A stretch of 64,000 bases of DNA from Senegalimassilia sp. (GCA_963619015.1 CAVEUW010000003.1:2640-66639); one strand, 5' to 3'. Counted from the first letter of the stretch, positions 1-10,256 are shown. Notes: generated by a model not told the origin, from the letters alone. Translations and numbers: made by a program.

Positions 1-1023
1 TTGATCAGAAATGCTTAAATACCCAAGTTTGCGAGCAATATCAGTGTTTTGAACCATCGAACGACCAGTCACAACTACCTTGCGCCCATTTTCGACAGCG
101 GCATCGCAAATTTGCTGCAAACGATGGATATGACTCGCGAAAGACGCAATAATAACGCGACCAGTAGCTTGAGCAATAATACGTTTAAGTGCTTTTCCAA
201 CCTCAGCCTCGGAAGGTGTGAAGTTGGGATTTGTCGCATTCGTTGAGTCAGACATCATCAAATCGACGCCCTCTTCGGAGAAACGTGCAAGCGCTCCGAA
301 GTCGGTATGAATTCCGTCAATTGGCGTTTGGTCGAGCTTGAAGTCACCAGTATGCAAAACATTACCAGCAGGGCTTCGGAAGAAGACACCCAGTGCACCC
401 GGAATTGAGTGGTTTACAGCAAAAAACTCAGCAGTCATGCAGCCAAGTTTTACTTTATCACCAGGTTTAACTTCACAAAGTTTAGCATTTTTAATGCGAT
501 GCTCTTTAAACTTACCTTCAATAAGACCAAGCGTCATTTTTGAACCATAAATTGGAACCTGACGATCAAGGTCTTTGATTAGATAAGGCAAAGAACCCGT
601 GTGGTCTTCGTGACCATGAGTGATAACAATGCCGCGCAGTTTGTCTGCATGCTGCAAAACATACGTGTAATCAGGCAGAATTAAGTCAACACCCGGATGA
701 TTATCGTCAGGGAACATGAGGCCCGCATCATCAAGAATCATGTCGTTTTTGCATTCAAAAACGGTCATGTTCTTGCCAATTGCATCAAGACCACCTAAGG
801 GGATGATCTTAAGCGTTGCGTTTTTATCTTTTTGAGGCGAATCGAAAGACGTCTTACGATTCGAACGACGACGATTGCGCGAATTGCCTTCAGATTGACC
901 GTCTTTTGAAAGTTTCGGACGTTCTAAATCTAATTTGACATGCTTAACTGACTGCGTAGGTTTACCACCCTGCGCAGAACGTGCACCCTTCTTATTATTT
1001 GGGCGCTTTTCATTTTGATCCAT
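1..1023 (-). CDS. rnj: Ribonuclease J (5' part; gene runs off the window start)
   Basis: Not in the ORF track. Manual translation from ATG 1023 (SD AAGGAA) gives a basic N-terminal extension, then LKIIPLGGLDAIGKNMTVFE...GVDLILPDY...ITHGHEDHTG (RNase J metallo-beta-lactamase motifs). Lies downstream of dapA. Confidence 0.93.
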   Translation of the reverse strand, partial: MDQNEKRPNNKKGARSAQGGKPTQSVKHVKLDLERPKLSKDGQSEGNSRNRRRSNRKTSFDSPQKDKNATLKIIPLGGLDAIGKNMTVFECKNDMILDDAGLMFPDDNHPGVDLILPDYTYVLQHADKLRGIVITHGHEDHTGSLPYLIKDLDRQVPIYGSKMTLGLIEGKFKEHRIKNAKLCEVKPGDKVKLGCMTAEFFAVNHSIPGALGVFFRSPAGNVLHTGDFKLDQTPIDGIHTDFGALARFSEEGVDLMMSDSTNATNPNFTPSEAEVGKALKRIIAQATGRVIIASFASHIHRLQQICDAAVENGRKVVVTGRSMVQNTDIARKLGYLSISDQ

Positions 1024-1088
1024 ATGTAATTTCCTTACTACAGCTTCAAGCGCAAAAAGTGGATGGCTTACTTGCGCCAGACCTGGAG

Positions 1089-1979
1089 TTAGAGAACGCC
1101 GACCTCGCGCATAGTACGCTCGAGTTCAGCAGACTGTTCGGCAGTTGCGCTGATAAGCGGAAGACGCACACCGCCAACAGGGAAACCTACAAGTTTCAAT
1201 GCCTCTTTCACCAGGATTGGGTTCGCTGTCTTAAACAGCCCTTCCATAAGGGGCATCAGGCGTTCATTGGCACATGCAGCTTCCTCCCACTTGCCCGCAG
1301 CGCATAAATCAACGATTTCCTTCATACGAGCAGGAGCCACATTACCAATGGTGGAAATAACGCCAACACCACCTAATTTCATAATTTCCATAGTCGCAGA
1401 ATCGTCGCCCGAGTAGACATCAAAACCCTCAGGAGCACCTTCAACAATTGCTTTGACTTGGTCCATGTCACCAGAAGCTTCCTTCACAGCAACAATGTTT
1501 TCAAAATCGTGGGCCAGACGCAAGGTGGTTTCAGCCGTCATATTGATCGAACAACGACCCGGAATGTTGTAGAGCACGACAGGCAGATCGACAGAGCGAG
1601 CGATGGTGCTAAAGTGCTGATAAAGACCCTCTTGCGGAGGCTTGTTGTAGTAAGGCACAACACACATAAAGCCATCAACGCCAAGCTTAGCAACATCAGA
1701 AGCAAAGTTGACAGTATCAGCAGTGCAGTTGTCGCCGACGTTGGCAATAACAGGTACGCGACCATTAACTGCAGAAACTACAGACGTAAACAACTTGATT
1801 TTGTCAGGATAAAAGACAGTCGGGCTTTCACCAGTAGTGCCATTAACAATAATGGCGTCTGCTCCGCCTTCTACCAATCGATTAGCAAGTTGTTCTGCGC
1901 GATCAAGATCGAGCTCAAGGTTTTCGTCCATGGGAGTAACCATTGCAGGGATCATTCGACCGAAACGAGGCTCAGACAT
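1089..1979 (-). CDS. dapA: 4-hydroxy-tetrahydrodipicolinate synthase
   Basis: GTTGES, PYYNKP, YNIPGR and Schiff-base KEASG motifs. Confidence 0.96.
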   Translation of the reverse strand: MSEPRFGRMIPAMVTPMDENLELDLDRAEQLANRLVEGGADAIIVNGTTGESPTVFYPDKIKLFTSVVSAVNGRVPVIANVGDNCTADTVNFASDVAKLGVDGFMCVVPYYNKPPQEGLYQHFSTIARSVDLPVVLYNIPGRCSINMTAETTLRLAHDFENIVAVKEASGDMDQVKAIVEGAPEGFDVYSGDDSATMEIMKLGGVGVISTIGNVAPARMKEIVDLCAAGKWEEAACANERLMPLMEGLFKTANPILVKEALKLVGFPVGGVRLPLISATAEQSAELERTMREVGVL

Positions 1980-2103
1980 CTTGGTACCTTTCTACACATA
2001 GCGCCTCAAACGAGGCGCTACACACGATAAACTGTTTGTAATTTTCTCACATCGAACTGCTAAAACAGCAAAGTTCACTACATTGTCACGCGAACGGCAA
2101 CAA

Positions 2104-2868
2104 TTAAGCCATGAACTCCTCAAGTCCAACGATAAGACCCGAGCGTTCCTGCACGCTGCGAATTCCCAAAAGAACACCAGGCATGTAAGAAGTACGATCC
2201 CAGGAATCATGACGAATAGTAAGGGTTTGACCCATCGAGCCAAACACGACTTCCTGACTTGCAACGTAGCCCATAGAACGAACGGAGTGAACTGGCACAC
2301 CCTCTACCAGTGCGCCACGAGCACCCTCGCATCCTGCAAGTTCAGTTTCGCTACCAGGTGCTTCACTGGAACAGCCACGAGACTGCGAGATAATCTGAGC
2401 CGTTCTGACAGCTGTACCGGAAGGTGCATCCTTTTTATTGCAGTGGTGAAATTCGAGTACCTCTGCCTCAGGGAAATACGGAGCGGCAGCTTTTGCAAAC
2501 TGCATCATGAGCACTGCACCTGTTGTGAAATTTGGTGCATAGAACAGGCAGGTATCACTTGGTGCGATATTGGCAAGCTCTTGAAGTGTTTCGTTTGAAA
2601 GGCCAGTTGTACCAACAACGCAATCAATGCCAGCAGCAAGCGCTAAACGCAAATTACCCTCTACAACGCTTGGCTGAGTGAAATCAACCAGAACGTCAAT
2701 TCCACCAGCGGCAATAGCTTCATCCAAAGATGCATAGGTAGCGAAACTATCTTGGGTGGCATGAGGGTCAACACCGCAAACAATCTGCATGTCATCTGCA
2801 GCAGTAACTGCATCCACTACAGCAGATCCCATACGCCCACGATAGCCAGCAACAGCAACATTAATCAT
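2104..2868 (-). CDS. dapB: 4-hydroxy-tetrahydrodipicolinate reductase
   Basis: GYRGRMG, VDFT, GTTG, EFHHCNKKDAPSGTA. Confidence 0.96.
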   Translation of the reverse strand: MINVAVAGYRGRMGSAVVDAVTAADDMQIVCGVDPHATQDSFATYASLDEAIAAGGIDVLVDFTQPSVVEGNLRLALAAGIDCVVGTTGLSNETLQELANIAPSDTCLFYAPNFTTGAVLMMQFAKAAAPYFPEAEVLEFHHCNKKDAPSGTAVRTAQIISQSRGCSSEAPGSETELAGCEGARGALVEGVPVHSVRSMGYVASQEVVFGSMGQTLTIRHDSWDRTSYMPGVLLGIRSVQERSGLIVGLEEFMA

Positions 2869-2890
2869 GTTATTCTCCTTAAATACAGCT

Positions 2891-2921
2891 TCGGGCTAGC
2901 TCGAAAAACGAACCAGCCCGA
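2891..2921 (-). other. Stable stem-loop between pnp and dapB (weak terminator or mRNA-stabilising hairpin)
   Basis: Minus strand TCGGGCTGGTTCG-TTTTT-CGAGCTAGCCCGA, a 13-bp stem with G-U pairs and no clean U-tract. Confidence 0.55.
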
Positions 2922-2974
2922 GGTAAATAGCATATTAACTACAACGACATATGCCTGCAGAAATAAACAAACTG

Positions 2975-5170
2975 CTAGGCGTCATGACGACGGCGAGGCG
3001 TACGGTTTGAACGACCCGGGCGAGCATCGTTTGAACCCTTGCCCTCACGACGCTCTCGAGGAGCAGGAGCACTGCCTTCAGGTGCATCCGGCTTATCAAG
3101 ACGATCAAGCGAAATTTTGCCGGATTTCGGATCAACCTCAAGGACCTTAACCTTTACGGTATCACCCATGGAAAGCACATCTTCAACCTTGCCAACGCGA
3201 CCATTAGCAACACGTGAAATATGCAACAGACCGTCCTTGGCAGGAGTCAGCTTAATGAAAGCGCCGAAGTCTTTAATGCCCACAACTTCGCCTTCAAATT
3301 CTTCACCAACCTCGGGCTCTTTAACAATGCCGAGAATTGCAGCCTTAGCTGCTTCACCAGCAGGGCCTTCAACAGCTGCAATATGAATAGTGCCATCTTC
3401 GAGGATTTCGATGGTTGCGCCAGTTTCTTCCTGGATGCCACGAACAACTTTGCCACCCGAACCGATGACATCACGAATTTTGTCAACCGGAATATGAATG
3501 GTTTCGATGCGCGGAGCAGTATCGCGCAGTTCTGCACGCGGCTGCGGAAGTTCGGCAAGCATAGCGTCCAAAATAAATGCACGACCTTCGTGTGCCTGTT
3601 TCAATGCACGGCCAAGAATCTCAGTGGAAAGACCGCGGGCCTTGTTGTCCATCTGAAGTGCAGTAATACCCTTTGAGGTGCCACAAACCTTGAAGTCCAT
3701 GTCGCCGAGGAAGTCCTCGATACCCTGAATGTCTGACAGGATTACAACATCGTCGCCTTCTTTGATAAGGCCCATGGCAATGCCGGAAACAGGAGCTTTA
3801 ATCGGCACGCCAGCATCCATCAGAGAAAGCGTAGAACCGCAGGTAGAAGCCATCGAAGACGAACCGTTAGACTCAAGCACTTCAGAGACTACACGGATTG
3901 CATACGGGAATTCATCCTCGGAAGGGATAACGGGCAAAAGTGCGCGCTCAGCAAGAGCACCATGACCGATTTCGCGACGCTTCGGTGCACCCATACGTCC
4001 AGTTTCGCCAGTGCAATACGGCGGGAAGTTGTACTGGTGCATATAGCGCTTGCCCTCAGCCGGATCGATGGTATCAAGACGCTGCCACTCGTTAAGCATG
4101 CCAAGCGTACAAATGGAAAGAGCCTGCGTCTGACCACGCTGGAAAAGACCCGAGCCATGAACGCGTGGCAGATAACCAGGAACGATGTGCAACGGACGAA
4201 TTTCATCAGGACGACGACCGTCGGCACGTTCGCCAGTTGCGATAACCATCGCACGCATAGCCTTCTTTTCGAGCTTCTTCAGTTCAGCAGCAATGTCTGA
4301 GCCCCAAGCGGAAAGCTCTTCCTCGTTGAATTTTTCTTCCTTAATGCGAGACTTTAAGTCTTCAACCTTGCCCATACGAGCCTGTTTATCAGCATCTTTG
4401 AGAGCAGCAGACATTTCATCAAAGAACGGAACGATACGCTCGGCAATAGAGGGGTCAGCAACATGAACCGGCCACTCAACAGACTCGATATTGCAACGGT
4501 CAAGGAAGCGCTGCTGTGCTTTGCAGAACTCAGCGATAGCCTCCTGGCCAAATTCCATGGCACGAAGCATCAGCTCTTCAGAAACCTGATCAGCGCCAGC
4601 TTCAACCATAGAAATGTAATCGGCAGTACCAGCAATGGTCAGTTCAAGATCAGAATTTTCCTGCTCTGCATAAGTGGGGTTTACCAGGAATTCGTCAGTT
4701 TCAGGGTTATGTGCAATACGCACGCATGCAGCCGGTCCATCAAACGGAGCAGAACCAATCATCAAGGCTGCAGAAGCACCGCCAACACAAATGCAATCAG
4801 GCGGATTCTGACCATCGCACACGAGCGTGGTTGCAACAACATGAACCTCACGCTTAAAACCATCCACAAAGCCAGGACGGATCGGGCGGTCGATCATACG
4901 AGCTGTCAGAGTACCCTTTTCGGAGGGCTTTGCTTCACGCTTCAGGTAACCACCAGGGATACGGCCAACCGAGTACATCTTTTCAATGAAGTCAACGGTT
5001 AGCGGGAAGAAGTCGTAGTTCTTCTCTTCTTTAGAGATAACAGCTGTAACCAACACAGTGGTTTCACCCTGTGTCACGACAACTGCACCAGTTGCCTGTT
5101 TTGCAAGTTCACCGGTTTCAAAGCGGTACTGTTTACCGTACAGCTCGAAGGACTCGACGATCTTTTCCAT
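2975..5170 (-). CDS. pnp: Polyribonucleotide nucleotidyltransferase (PNPase)
   Basis: FFPLTVD, RREIGHG, SNGSSSMAS, GDMDFKV, KH and S1 domains. Start re-assigned to MEKIVES (ATG 5170, SD GAAAGA). Confidence 0.97.
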   Translation of the reverse strand: MEKIVESFELYGKQYRFETGELAKQATGAVVVTQGETTVLVTAVISKEEKNYDFFPLTVDFIEKMYSVGRIPGGYLKREAKPSEKGTLTARMIDRPIRPGFVDGFKREVHVVATTLVCDGQNPPDCICVGGASAALMIGSAPFDGPAACVRIAHNPETDEFLVNPTYAEQENSDLELTIAGTADYISMVEAGADQVSEELMLRAMEFGQEAIAEFCKAQQRFLDRCNIESVEWPVHVADPSIAERIVPFFDEMSAALKDADKQARMGKVEDLKSRIKEEKFNEEELSAWGSDIAAELKKLEKKAMRAMVIATGERADGRRPDEIRPLHIVPGYLPRVHGSGLFQRGQTQALSICTLGMLNEWQRLDTIDPAEGKRYMHQYNFPPYCTGETGRMGAPKRREIGHGALAERALLPVIPSEDEFPYAIRVVSEVLESNGSSSMASTCGSTLSLMDAGVPIKAPVSGIAMGLIKEGDDVVILSDIQGIEDFLGDMDFKVCGTSKGITALQMDNKARGLSTEILGRALKQAHEGRAFILDAMLAELPQPRAELRDTAPRIETIHIPVDKIRDVIGSGGKVVRGIQEETGATIEILEDGTIHIAAVEGPAGEAAKAAILGIVKEPEVGEEFEGEVVGIKDFGAFIKLTPAKDGLLHISRVANGRVGKVEDVLSMGDTVKVKVLEVDPKSGKISLDRLDKPDAPEGSAPAPRERREGKGSNDARPGRSNRTPRRRHDA

Positions 5171-5287
5171 AATAATCTTTCTTTCTCTTAACCTTGCCTG
5201 CCCTGTGCAGTCAAGCTTCTTCAGCAAGCGGTACTTTTGTTCCCGCTTACCACGAGCGAGCGCGCCACTGCACACTCGACCGTCTAT

Positions 5288-5313
5288 ACAAAAGCCCGCA
5301 TGAGGCGGGCTTT
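5288..5313 (-). terminator. Rho-independent terminator after rpsO
   Basis: AAAGCCCGC-CTCAT-GCGGGCTTTTGT on the minus strand. Confidence 0.8.
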
Positions 5314-5320
5314 CGATTCA

Positions 5321-5608
5321 CTAGATATTGTCGCGGATACCAAGCTTCTTGATAAGGGTACGATAACGCTCGATGTCGCGCTCTTTGATGTAGCTCAGCA
5401 GACCACGACGCTTACCAATAAGCATCATAAGACCACGGCGAGAGTGATTATCCTTCTTGTGGGTCTTCAGGTGCTCGGTGAGGTTGCGGATACGCTCAGA
5501 CAGGATTGCGACCTGCACGTCCGGATTGCCGGTATCGTGCTCGTTGTTGCCGAATTCCTTAACGAGTTCAGCAGTACGCTCTTTAGAGATGCTCAGTTTG
5601 CTAGCCAT
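5321..5608 (-). CDS. rpsO: 30S ribosomal protein S15
   Basis: [37 protein letters not shown]; rpsO-pnp synteny. Confidence 0.98.
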   Translation of the reverse strand: MASKLSISKERTAELVKEFGNNEHDTGNPDVQVAILSERIRNLTEHLKTHKKDNHSRRGLMMLIGKRRGLLSYIKERDIERYRTLIKKLGIRDNI

Positions 5609-5752
5609 TTCTGACTTCCTTTCCTGCGGGCAAACACCCGCCTTCCGTGCAGCTTATGCTGCGCTCATCTGGCTTTCTTCTGAGAACCATGCAGTGCATG
5701 AGAACCAAGAAAAAAGTGGTTACTAAATTTGCAACTTGCAAATAATACGACG

Positions 5753-5786
5753 AAAAAGACGACCTGCCAACATTTGGGCAGGTCGT
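5753..5786 (-). terminator. Rho-independent terminator
   Basis: ACGACCTGCC-N8-GGCAGGTCGT followed by CTTTTT on the minus strand. Confidence 0.8.
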
Positions 5787-5819
5787 ATCACAGGTTTTGC
5801 ACAATTTAAAAAGCTTTGG

Positions 5820-6068
5820 TTATTGGGCAGCCTGAGCCTCACGCAAACCTTTCACAAGCTGGTCGGCGCATGAAGTAGAACGATTGCCGCAGGTATTACC
5901 TTCAAGAACAGCAGCGACGTCATCGACACTCATGCCCTTTACAAGCTTACCGATAGCCTTTAAGTTACCGTTGCAGCCGCCAATAAATTCAACATTGGAA
6001 ACCTTGTCGCCATCAAGTTCAATGTTAATAGCGCGGGAACAAACGCCGCGAGTTGTATAGGTATACAT
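5820..6068 (-). CDS. TSCPD-domain small protein (TIGR03905-like)
   Basis: GVCSRAI...FIGGCNGNL...CGNRSTSCADQL; SD GGAG. Confidence 0.85.
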   Translation of the reverse strand: MYTYTTRGVCSRAINIELDGDKVSNVEFIGGCNGNLKAIGKLVKGMSVDDVAAVLEGNTCGNRSTSCADQLVKGLREAQAAQ

Positions 6069-6130
6069 AACTTTCTCCTCTCGTCTTGCAAGAGATTATC
6101 GCATACGGACCAAAAATCTTAAGCAAAGCA

Positions 6131-6889
6131 TTAAAACAATCCGCAGCTAAACAGAAAATCAAGGGATTTCATTTTGGCACCTACATGAAAACGTGACCAC
6201 ATTTGGCAAAGCCGTAACGCGCCAAAGACACCATTTTGATCAATTTCCCACGTAGAAATATCGGCAAACGTAGCATGCAACAATGCATCAGACCATTTAA
6301 GGTAAGGAATTTCAACCTGAATAGAATCAGGGGTAGCACAAGAGCTACACTCCACTCCCCCGTTTTCTAAAGAAAAGAAAACGTCGCTGTGTTCTTGAAT
6401 TGGTGCAGAGCACATACAGCACGAAGAAAACGTGGGTAAAAAGCCAGTAAAAGCAAAAGTTTTCAATAAGTGAGCAGCGCATATAGCTGGCGCATGCTCT
6501 ACATCAGAACGATGCAATGCACAAAGCGCAGCCTCAGACATATTAAAAAGCTTTTCGTATTTAAGCCCTTGATCGCTGACTCGTTCAAGAAGCTCTGTCA
6601 TTGGGGCCGCGCATGCTGTTTTCTCAACTGACGAACGCAGCTGTGAAAATCCGCTAATTAAGCGTGCTTCCTTAACAATATCAAGGGTTCGGCCATGCGC
6701 GAGCAAAAGATCAGCAACGCAAAATAATTCAAGGCGTGACGAAAATGAACTAGTGGGCTTGCGCGCTCCCTTTGCGACAGCGCGAATTTGCGACCCATCT
6801 TGCTTAAGCAGCGTAAGAATCAAATCCGATTCCTTGAGCTTTGTTTTACGAAGAACAAGGACGCGCGCGTTGTATGTAGGAGCAGCCAC
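6131..6889 (-). CDS. recO: DNA repair protein RecO
   Basis: VLRKTKLKESDLILTLL...AVAKGARKP; C-terminal Cys zinc finger; era-recO synteny. Confidence 0.93.
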   Translation of the reverse strand: MAAPTYNARVLVLRKTKLKESDLILTLLKQDGSQIRAVAKGARKPTSSFSSRLELFCVADLLLAHGRTLDIVKEARLISGFSQLRSSVEKTACAAPMTELLERVSDQGLKYEKLFNMSEAALCALHRSDVEHAPAICAAHLLKTFAFTGFLPTFSSCCMCSAPIQEHSDVFFSLENGGVECSSCATPDSIQVEIPYLKWSDALLHATFADISTWEIDQNGVFGALRLCQMWSRFHVGAKMKSLDFLFSCGLF

Positions 6890-6899
6890 GAACTAAAAG

Positions 6900-8774
6900 C
6901 TACTTAAAAGTCACGCTTGTAACATTATTGGCTGAGTCAAATTGCAGAACGCCGGTCACTTGTTTAGTATCACCAGATACTGACAAGGTTTGACCAAGCA
7001 CACTTACAGAAGTTGACGCTCGCCCGGTTACAGCAAAAACAACACTGTCGTTGCCCTGGTATGTTAGCCAATCGACTGTCGAAACCGTAAATGTAGAACC
7101 ATCAGACGCCTCAAGCTGGGCATTAGACAGGTATGTATAGGCAGCGGATTGTAATTCAGCCGATCGTGATTTAGAAACTGAAATGGTAACTTCGGAACCA
7201 GATTTTACCTTTGAACCAGCCTCCGGCTGCGTGCCGAGCAAGCTTCCAGCAGAAACCGACTCATCATAAACATAGGTTAGCTTTGCTTTTAGTCCAGCGC
7301 TCTCAATCGCCTTGGTAGCTTCATCAGGGGACATTCCAGAAGTGTCGGGCACAGTGTAGGACTCAGCAACTTTTACGATAATACTAGTTGCTGCCTTTGC
7401 TTTAGAACCGCTTGCTGGTTCTACGGAAAGAATATTACCTTCAGTCTCGTCTGATTTTTCAGTAACAAAGTTCACATTCGTAAAGCCACTATCTTCAAAA
7501 AGTGACTTTGCAGAATCTTGACTCTTCCCCACGACATCAGGAATTACACGTGCAGTTGAGACGTGTAAAACAATTTCTGAGCCTTCTTGCTGCCTAGAAC
7601 CAGCAACTGGGTCCATTAAAAGCACGATTCCTTCAGTCGAATCAGAAGCTACTTGGGTGGTACGAACCGTAAAACCCTTATTCTGAAGCACAAATGCAGC
7701 ATCAGTTTGTGTCATATCAGCTACATTGGGAACAACTTTACCGCCCCATATTTCCATCTGGTAAGTAACACCAGCAGCAATACCGCAGGCAAGAACAGCA
7801 AAAATTGCAACACCTATTCCTACTTTCGCACCAGAGGACATACCCTTTTTATTTTTGGGTTCCTGAGGAACAGTTGTTTCAGAAGAATCTGCTGAAGAAG
7901 CAGCTTCGGAAACTTGTTCAGCTGCTTTTTTAGCAGCCTTTGCAGCTTTCTTGTCTCGTTTTGCCTTTTTCTTATCGTGAGGGTCTGGAGCAACAAAAGA
8001 AACACTCGCTGGCGTAGCGCCAGAAACAGCGGGCATCTGCATCGTGTCACCCGAGCGATAAGCTGGCGCGGGCGCAACATAGCTAGAATCAACAAGATAT
8101 TCGTCAAATCCAGTAAGGTCAGCACTGTTTGTTTTGCCCTGAACGTTTGGATTTTCAATTAATGAAGTTTTTGAAGCCTCAAGAGACAAAAGACGCAGCT
8201 GCTCTTCATCAAGTTCACCAGTTTGTTGCTTGTCGACATTAAGACCTTTTGCATCTTCAAATTTGTCCCATTTATCTAAAACACTCTCAGCATGGGCTTC
8301 GGCTTCATCGACATCGACAGTGCTTAGAATTTCAGGTAGTGGCTCGTAATCATTTTGCGAGTCAGTGCCGTCTTCACCATCATCATCGCTACTTGAGATT
8401 TCGATAGAGTGCTGTTCAGCGTTTTCGGCATCGGGGCCACAATCTGCTTGTTCACAAGCTTCCGCCTGCTTAGCACCCTCACCACAAGCACTAACATCTT
8501 CGTCGTCATCACTTGGCTGATTAGAATCAACACCAGATGCCAAATCTTCAGAGTTACCTTTGGGGCTATCTTCAATTTCTGGAACGGACACAGAAATACG
8601 TCCGCTATCACTTGATTCAATATCAGGCAAATCGCCAACAAGCGTAGGTAAATCTGTCAATGTATCGGGTGACGAAAGTTTCGCCCCACATTCATCACAG
8701 AATTTGGCACCTTCTCTATTTTTGGATTGGCATTCAGGGCAGATCATGCTCGCAGTGCTCCTTGGAGACATCAT
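6900..8774 (-). CDS. Zinc-ribbon / single-TM / triple-PASTA membrane protein (start may be the downstream MICPEC Met)
   Basis: N-terminal CPECQSKNREGAKFCDECG, long acidic linker, TM segment VGIGVAIFAVLACGIAAGV, three PASTA repeats (VPNVAD, IPDVVG, VPDTSG). Confidence 0.85.
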   Translation of the reverse strand: MMSPRSTASMICPECQSKNREGAKFCDECGAKLSSPDTLTDLPTLVGDLPDIESSDSGRISVSVPEIEDSPKGNSEDLASGVDSNQPSDDDEDVSACGEGAKQAEACEQADCGPDAENAEQHSIEISSSDDDGEDGTDSQNDYEPLPEILSTVDVDEAEAHAESVLDKWDKFEDAKGLNVDKQQTGELDEEQLRLLSLEASKTSLIENPNVQGKTNSADLTGFDEYLVDSSYVAPAPAYRSGDTMQMPAVSGATPASVSFVAPDPHDKKKAKRDKKAAKAAKKAAEQVSEAASSADSSETTVPQEPKNKKGMSSGAKVGIGVAIFAVLACGIAAGVTYQMEIWGGKVVPNVADMTQTDAAFVLQNKGFTVRTTQVASDSTEGIVLLMDPVAGSRQQEGSEIVLHVSTARVIPDVVGKSQDSAKSLFEDSGFTNVNFVTEKSDETEGNILSVEPASGSKAKAATSIIVKVAESYTVPDTSGMSPDEATKAIESAGLKAKLTYVYDESVSAGSLLGTQPEAGSKVKSGSEVTISVSKSRSAELQSAAYTYLSNAQLEASDGSTFTVSTVDWLTYQGNDSVVFAVTGRASTSVSVLGQTLSVSGDTKQVTGVLQFDSANNVTSVTFK

Positions 8775-8863
8775 TCAATATCAAAAACAAATTCTACCGG
8801 AAATGCAAACAAGTAATCATATCCTGCGAAAATAACAAAATATAGTGGAGGAAAATTCGAAAA

Positions 8864-9814
8864 CTACAATCCCTCGCCATAACCAAAACGACGAATTTGA
8901 GTTGCATCGCGACGCCAATTCTTCTTTACCTTAACCATCAAATCAAGGTAAACGCGAGTACCAAGAAGCTGCTCAAGATCGACTCGAGCTTCTTGCCCAA
9001 TGCGTTTAATAGAAGATCCACCTTTTCCAATAATGATGCCCTTTTGACTATCTCGTTCGACATAAATTCGGGCAAGAATATGATTCAAGTCTTTCTTTTT
9101 GTCGTAAGACATGTCTTCAACGGTCACACCAATAGCATGCGGAACTTCATCGTGGAAGGTACGTAAGATTTTCTCACGGATAAATTCCGCAACAATAACT
9201 TCAATAGGCTGATCGGTTTCCATATCTGCTGGAAACCATGCAGGGCCCTCTGGTAGAAAACCTTCAACTTCTTCGATGAAAGCGTCTACGTTATAGCCAC
9301 TCTCAGACGAAAGTCCAACCATTGCATCCCATGGAGCTAACTTTTTTGCTAGCTCAGCTTGGGCATGCAATTCATCTTTTGTCACAAGATCGGATTTTGA
9401 GAGAACGCAGATTTTTTTAGCGTGCTTTGCCTGAGGACTCGCAAGTTGCGAGGCTACCCACTCGTCTCCTCGACCAACCGGCTTTGAAGCATCAATAAGC
9501 ATGGCAATAACGTCAACATCTTCAAGAGCTTTAAGTGCAGAGGTATTTAGTTCTTCACCCAAGGCATCATGTGGCTTATGAAGGCCAGGGGTGTCTACAA
9601 TTATCATTTGAAAATTGTCGCGGGTGTAAACCGCACGAAAACGATGACGCGTTGTTTGCGCTGTATTTGAGGTGATGGCAATTTTTTTACCCATAATGCG
9701 ATTGAGCAAGGTTGATTTGCCAGCATTCGGTCGACCGACAAGGGTCACAAAGCCCGAACGAAAACCTTCTGTGCTCACAGGTGCCGAATGACCAAAGTAC
9801 GCATCAAGATCCAT
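8864..9814 (-). CDS. era: GTPase Era
   Basis: GRPNAGKSTL, QTTR, DTPG, KH motif QKGIIIGKGG. Start re-assigned to MDLDAYF (SD AAGGA). Confidence 0.96.
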   Translation of the reverse strand: MDLDAYFGHSAPVSTEGFRSGFVTLVGRPNAGKSTLLNRIMGKKIAITSNTAQTTRHRFRAVYTRDNFQMIIVDTPGLHKPHDALGEELNTSALKALEDVDVIAMLIDASKPVGRGDEWVASQLASPQAKHAKKICVLSKSDLVTKDELHAQAELAKKLAPWDAMVGLSSESGYNVDAFIEEVEGFLPEGPAWFPADMETDQPIEVIVAEFIREKILRTFHDEVPHAIGVTVEDMSYDKKKDLNHILARIYVERDSQKGIIIGKGGSSIKRIGQEARVDLEQLLGTRVYLDLMVKVKKNWRRDATQIRRFGYGEGL

Positions 9815-9831
9815 GAGTTCATCCTTTAAAG

Positions 9832-10254
9832 TTAGATGCCAAATAACGCAAAAAAGCGAGGCAAGAAAACAATAAGTCCAACAACAACCGAGCAAATAGC
9901 CCCAGCAAGGGCAGCGCCCGCAGCGCAATCTTTCGCCTTGCGAGCTAACTCATGATACCCGGGGCTAGCCAAATCAACGACTGCTTCAATTGCCGTATTA
10001 ATCGTTTCAAGCGCAAACATCATACCAATGCATATGATGACAGCTGTCCATCCGCTTGCGTCAATTCGCAACGCAAAACCAAGGACAACTGCAATTACAG
10101 CAAATGCAGCATCGATACGAAGGTTGCGCTCAGTTCTTACCGCTTCGCACAATCCACGCCATGCGTTTCCAAAAGCTTTCAAAAGTGAATAATGCTGACC
10201 TTCTTCTTTTGTAGAAGCGCTGCGCGTAAAAGGTTGTTCTGATTTATCTGCCAT
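9832..10254 (-). CDS. dgkA: Diacylglycerol/undecaprenol kinase (DgkA family)
   Basis: ERNLRI, ETINTAIEAVVDL, AKDCAAGA; ybeY-dgkA-era synteny. Confidence 0.9.
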   Translation of the reverse strand: MADKSEQPFTRSASTKEEGQHYSLLKAFGNAWRGLCEAVRTERNLRIDAAFAVIAVVLGFALRIDASGWTAVIICIGMMFALETINTAIEAVVDLASPGYHELARKAKDCAAGAALAGAICSVVVGLIVFLPRFFALFGI

Positions 10255-10256
10255 AG

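Noticed and set aside
1458..2030. 190-aa plus-strand ORF, and similar long antisense ORFs at 21176-21739, 34899-35720, 51207-52202 and 54471-55145
   Set aside because: Each lies opposite a well-supported gene (dapA, rpsT, carA, Y-family polymerase, vorB) and has no recognisable motif; treated as shadow ORFs.
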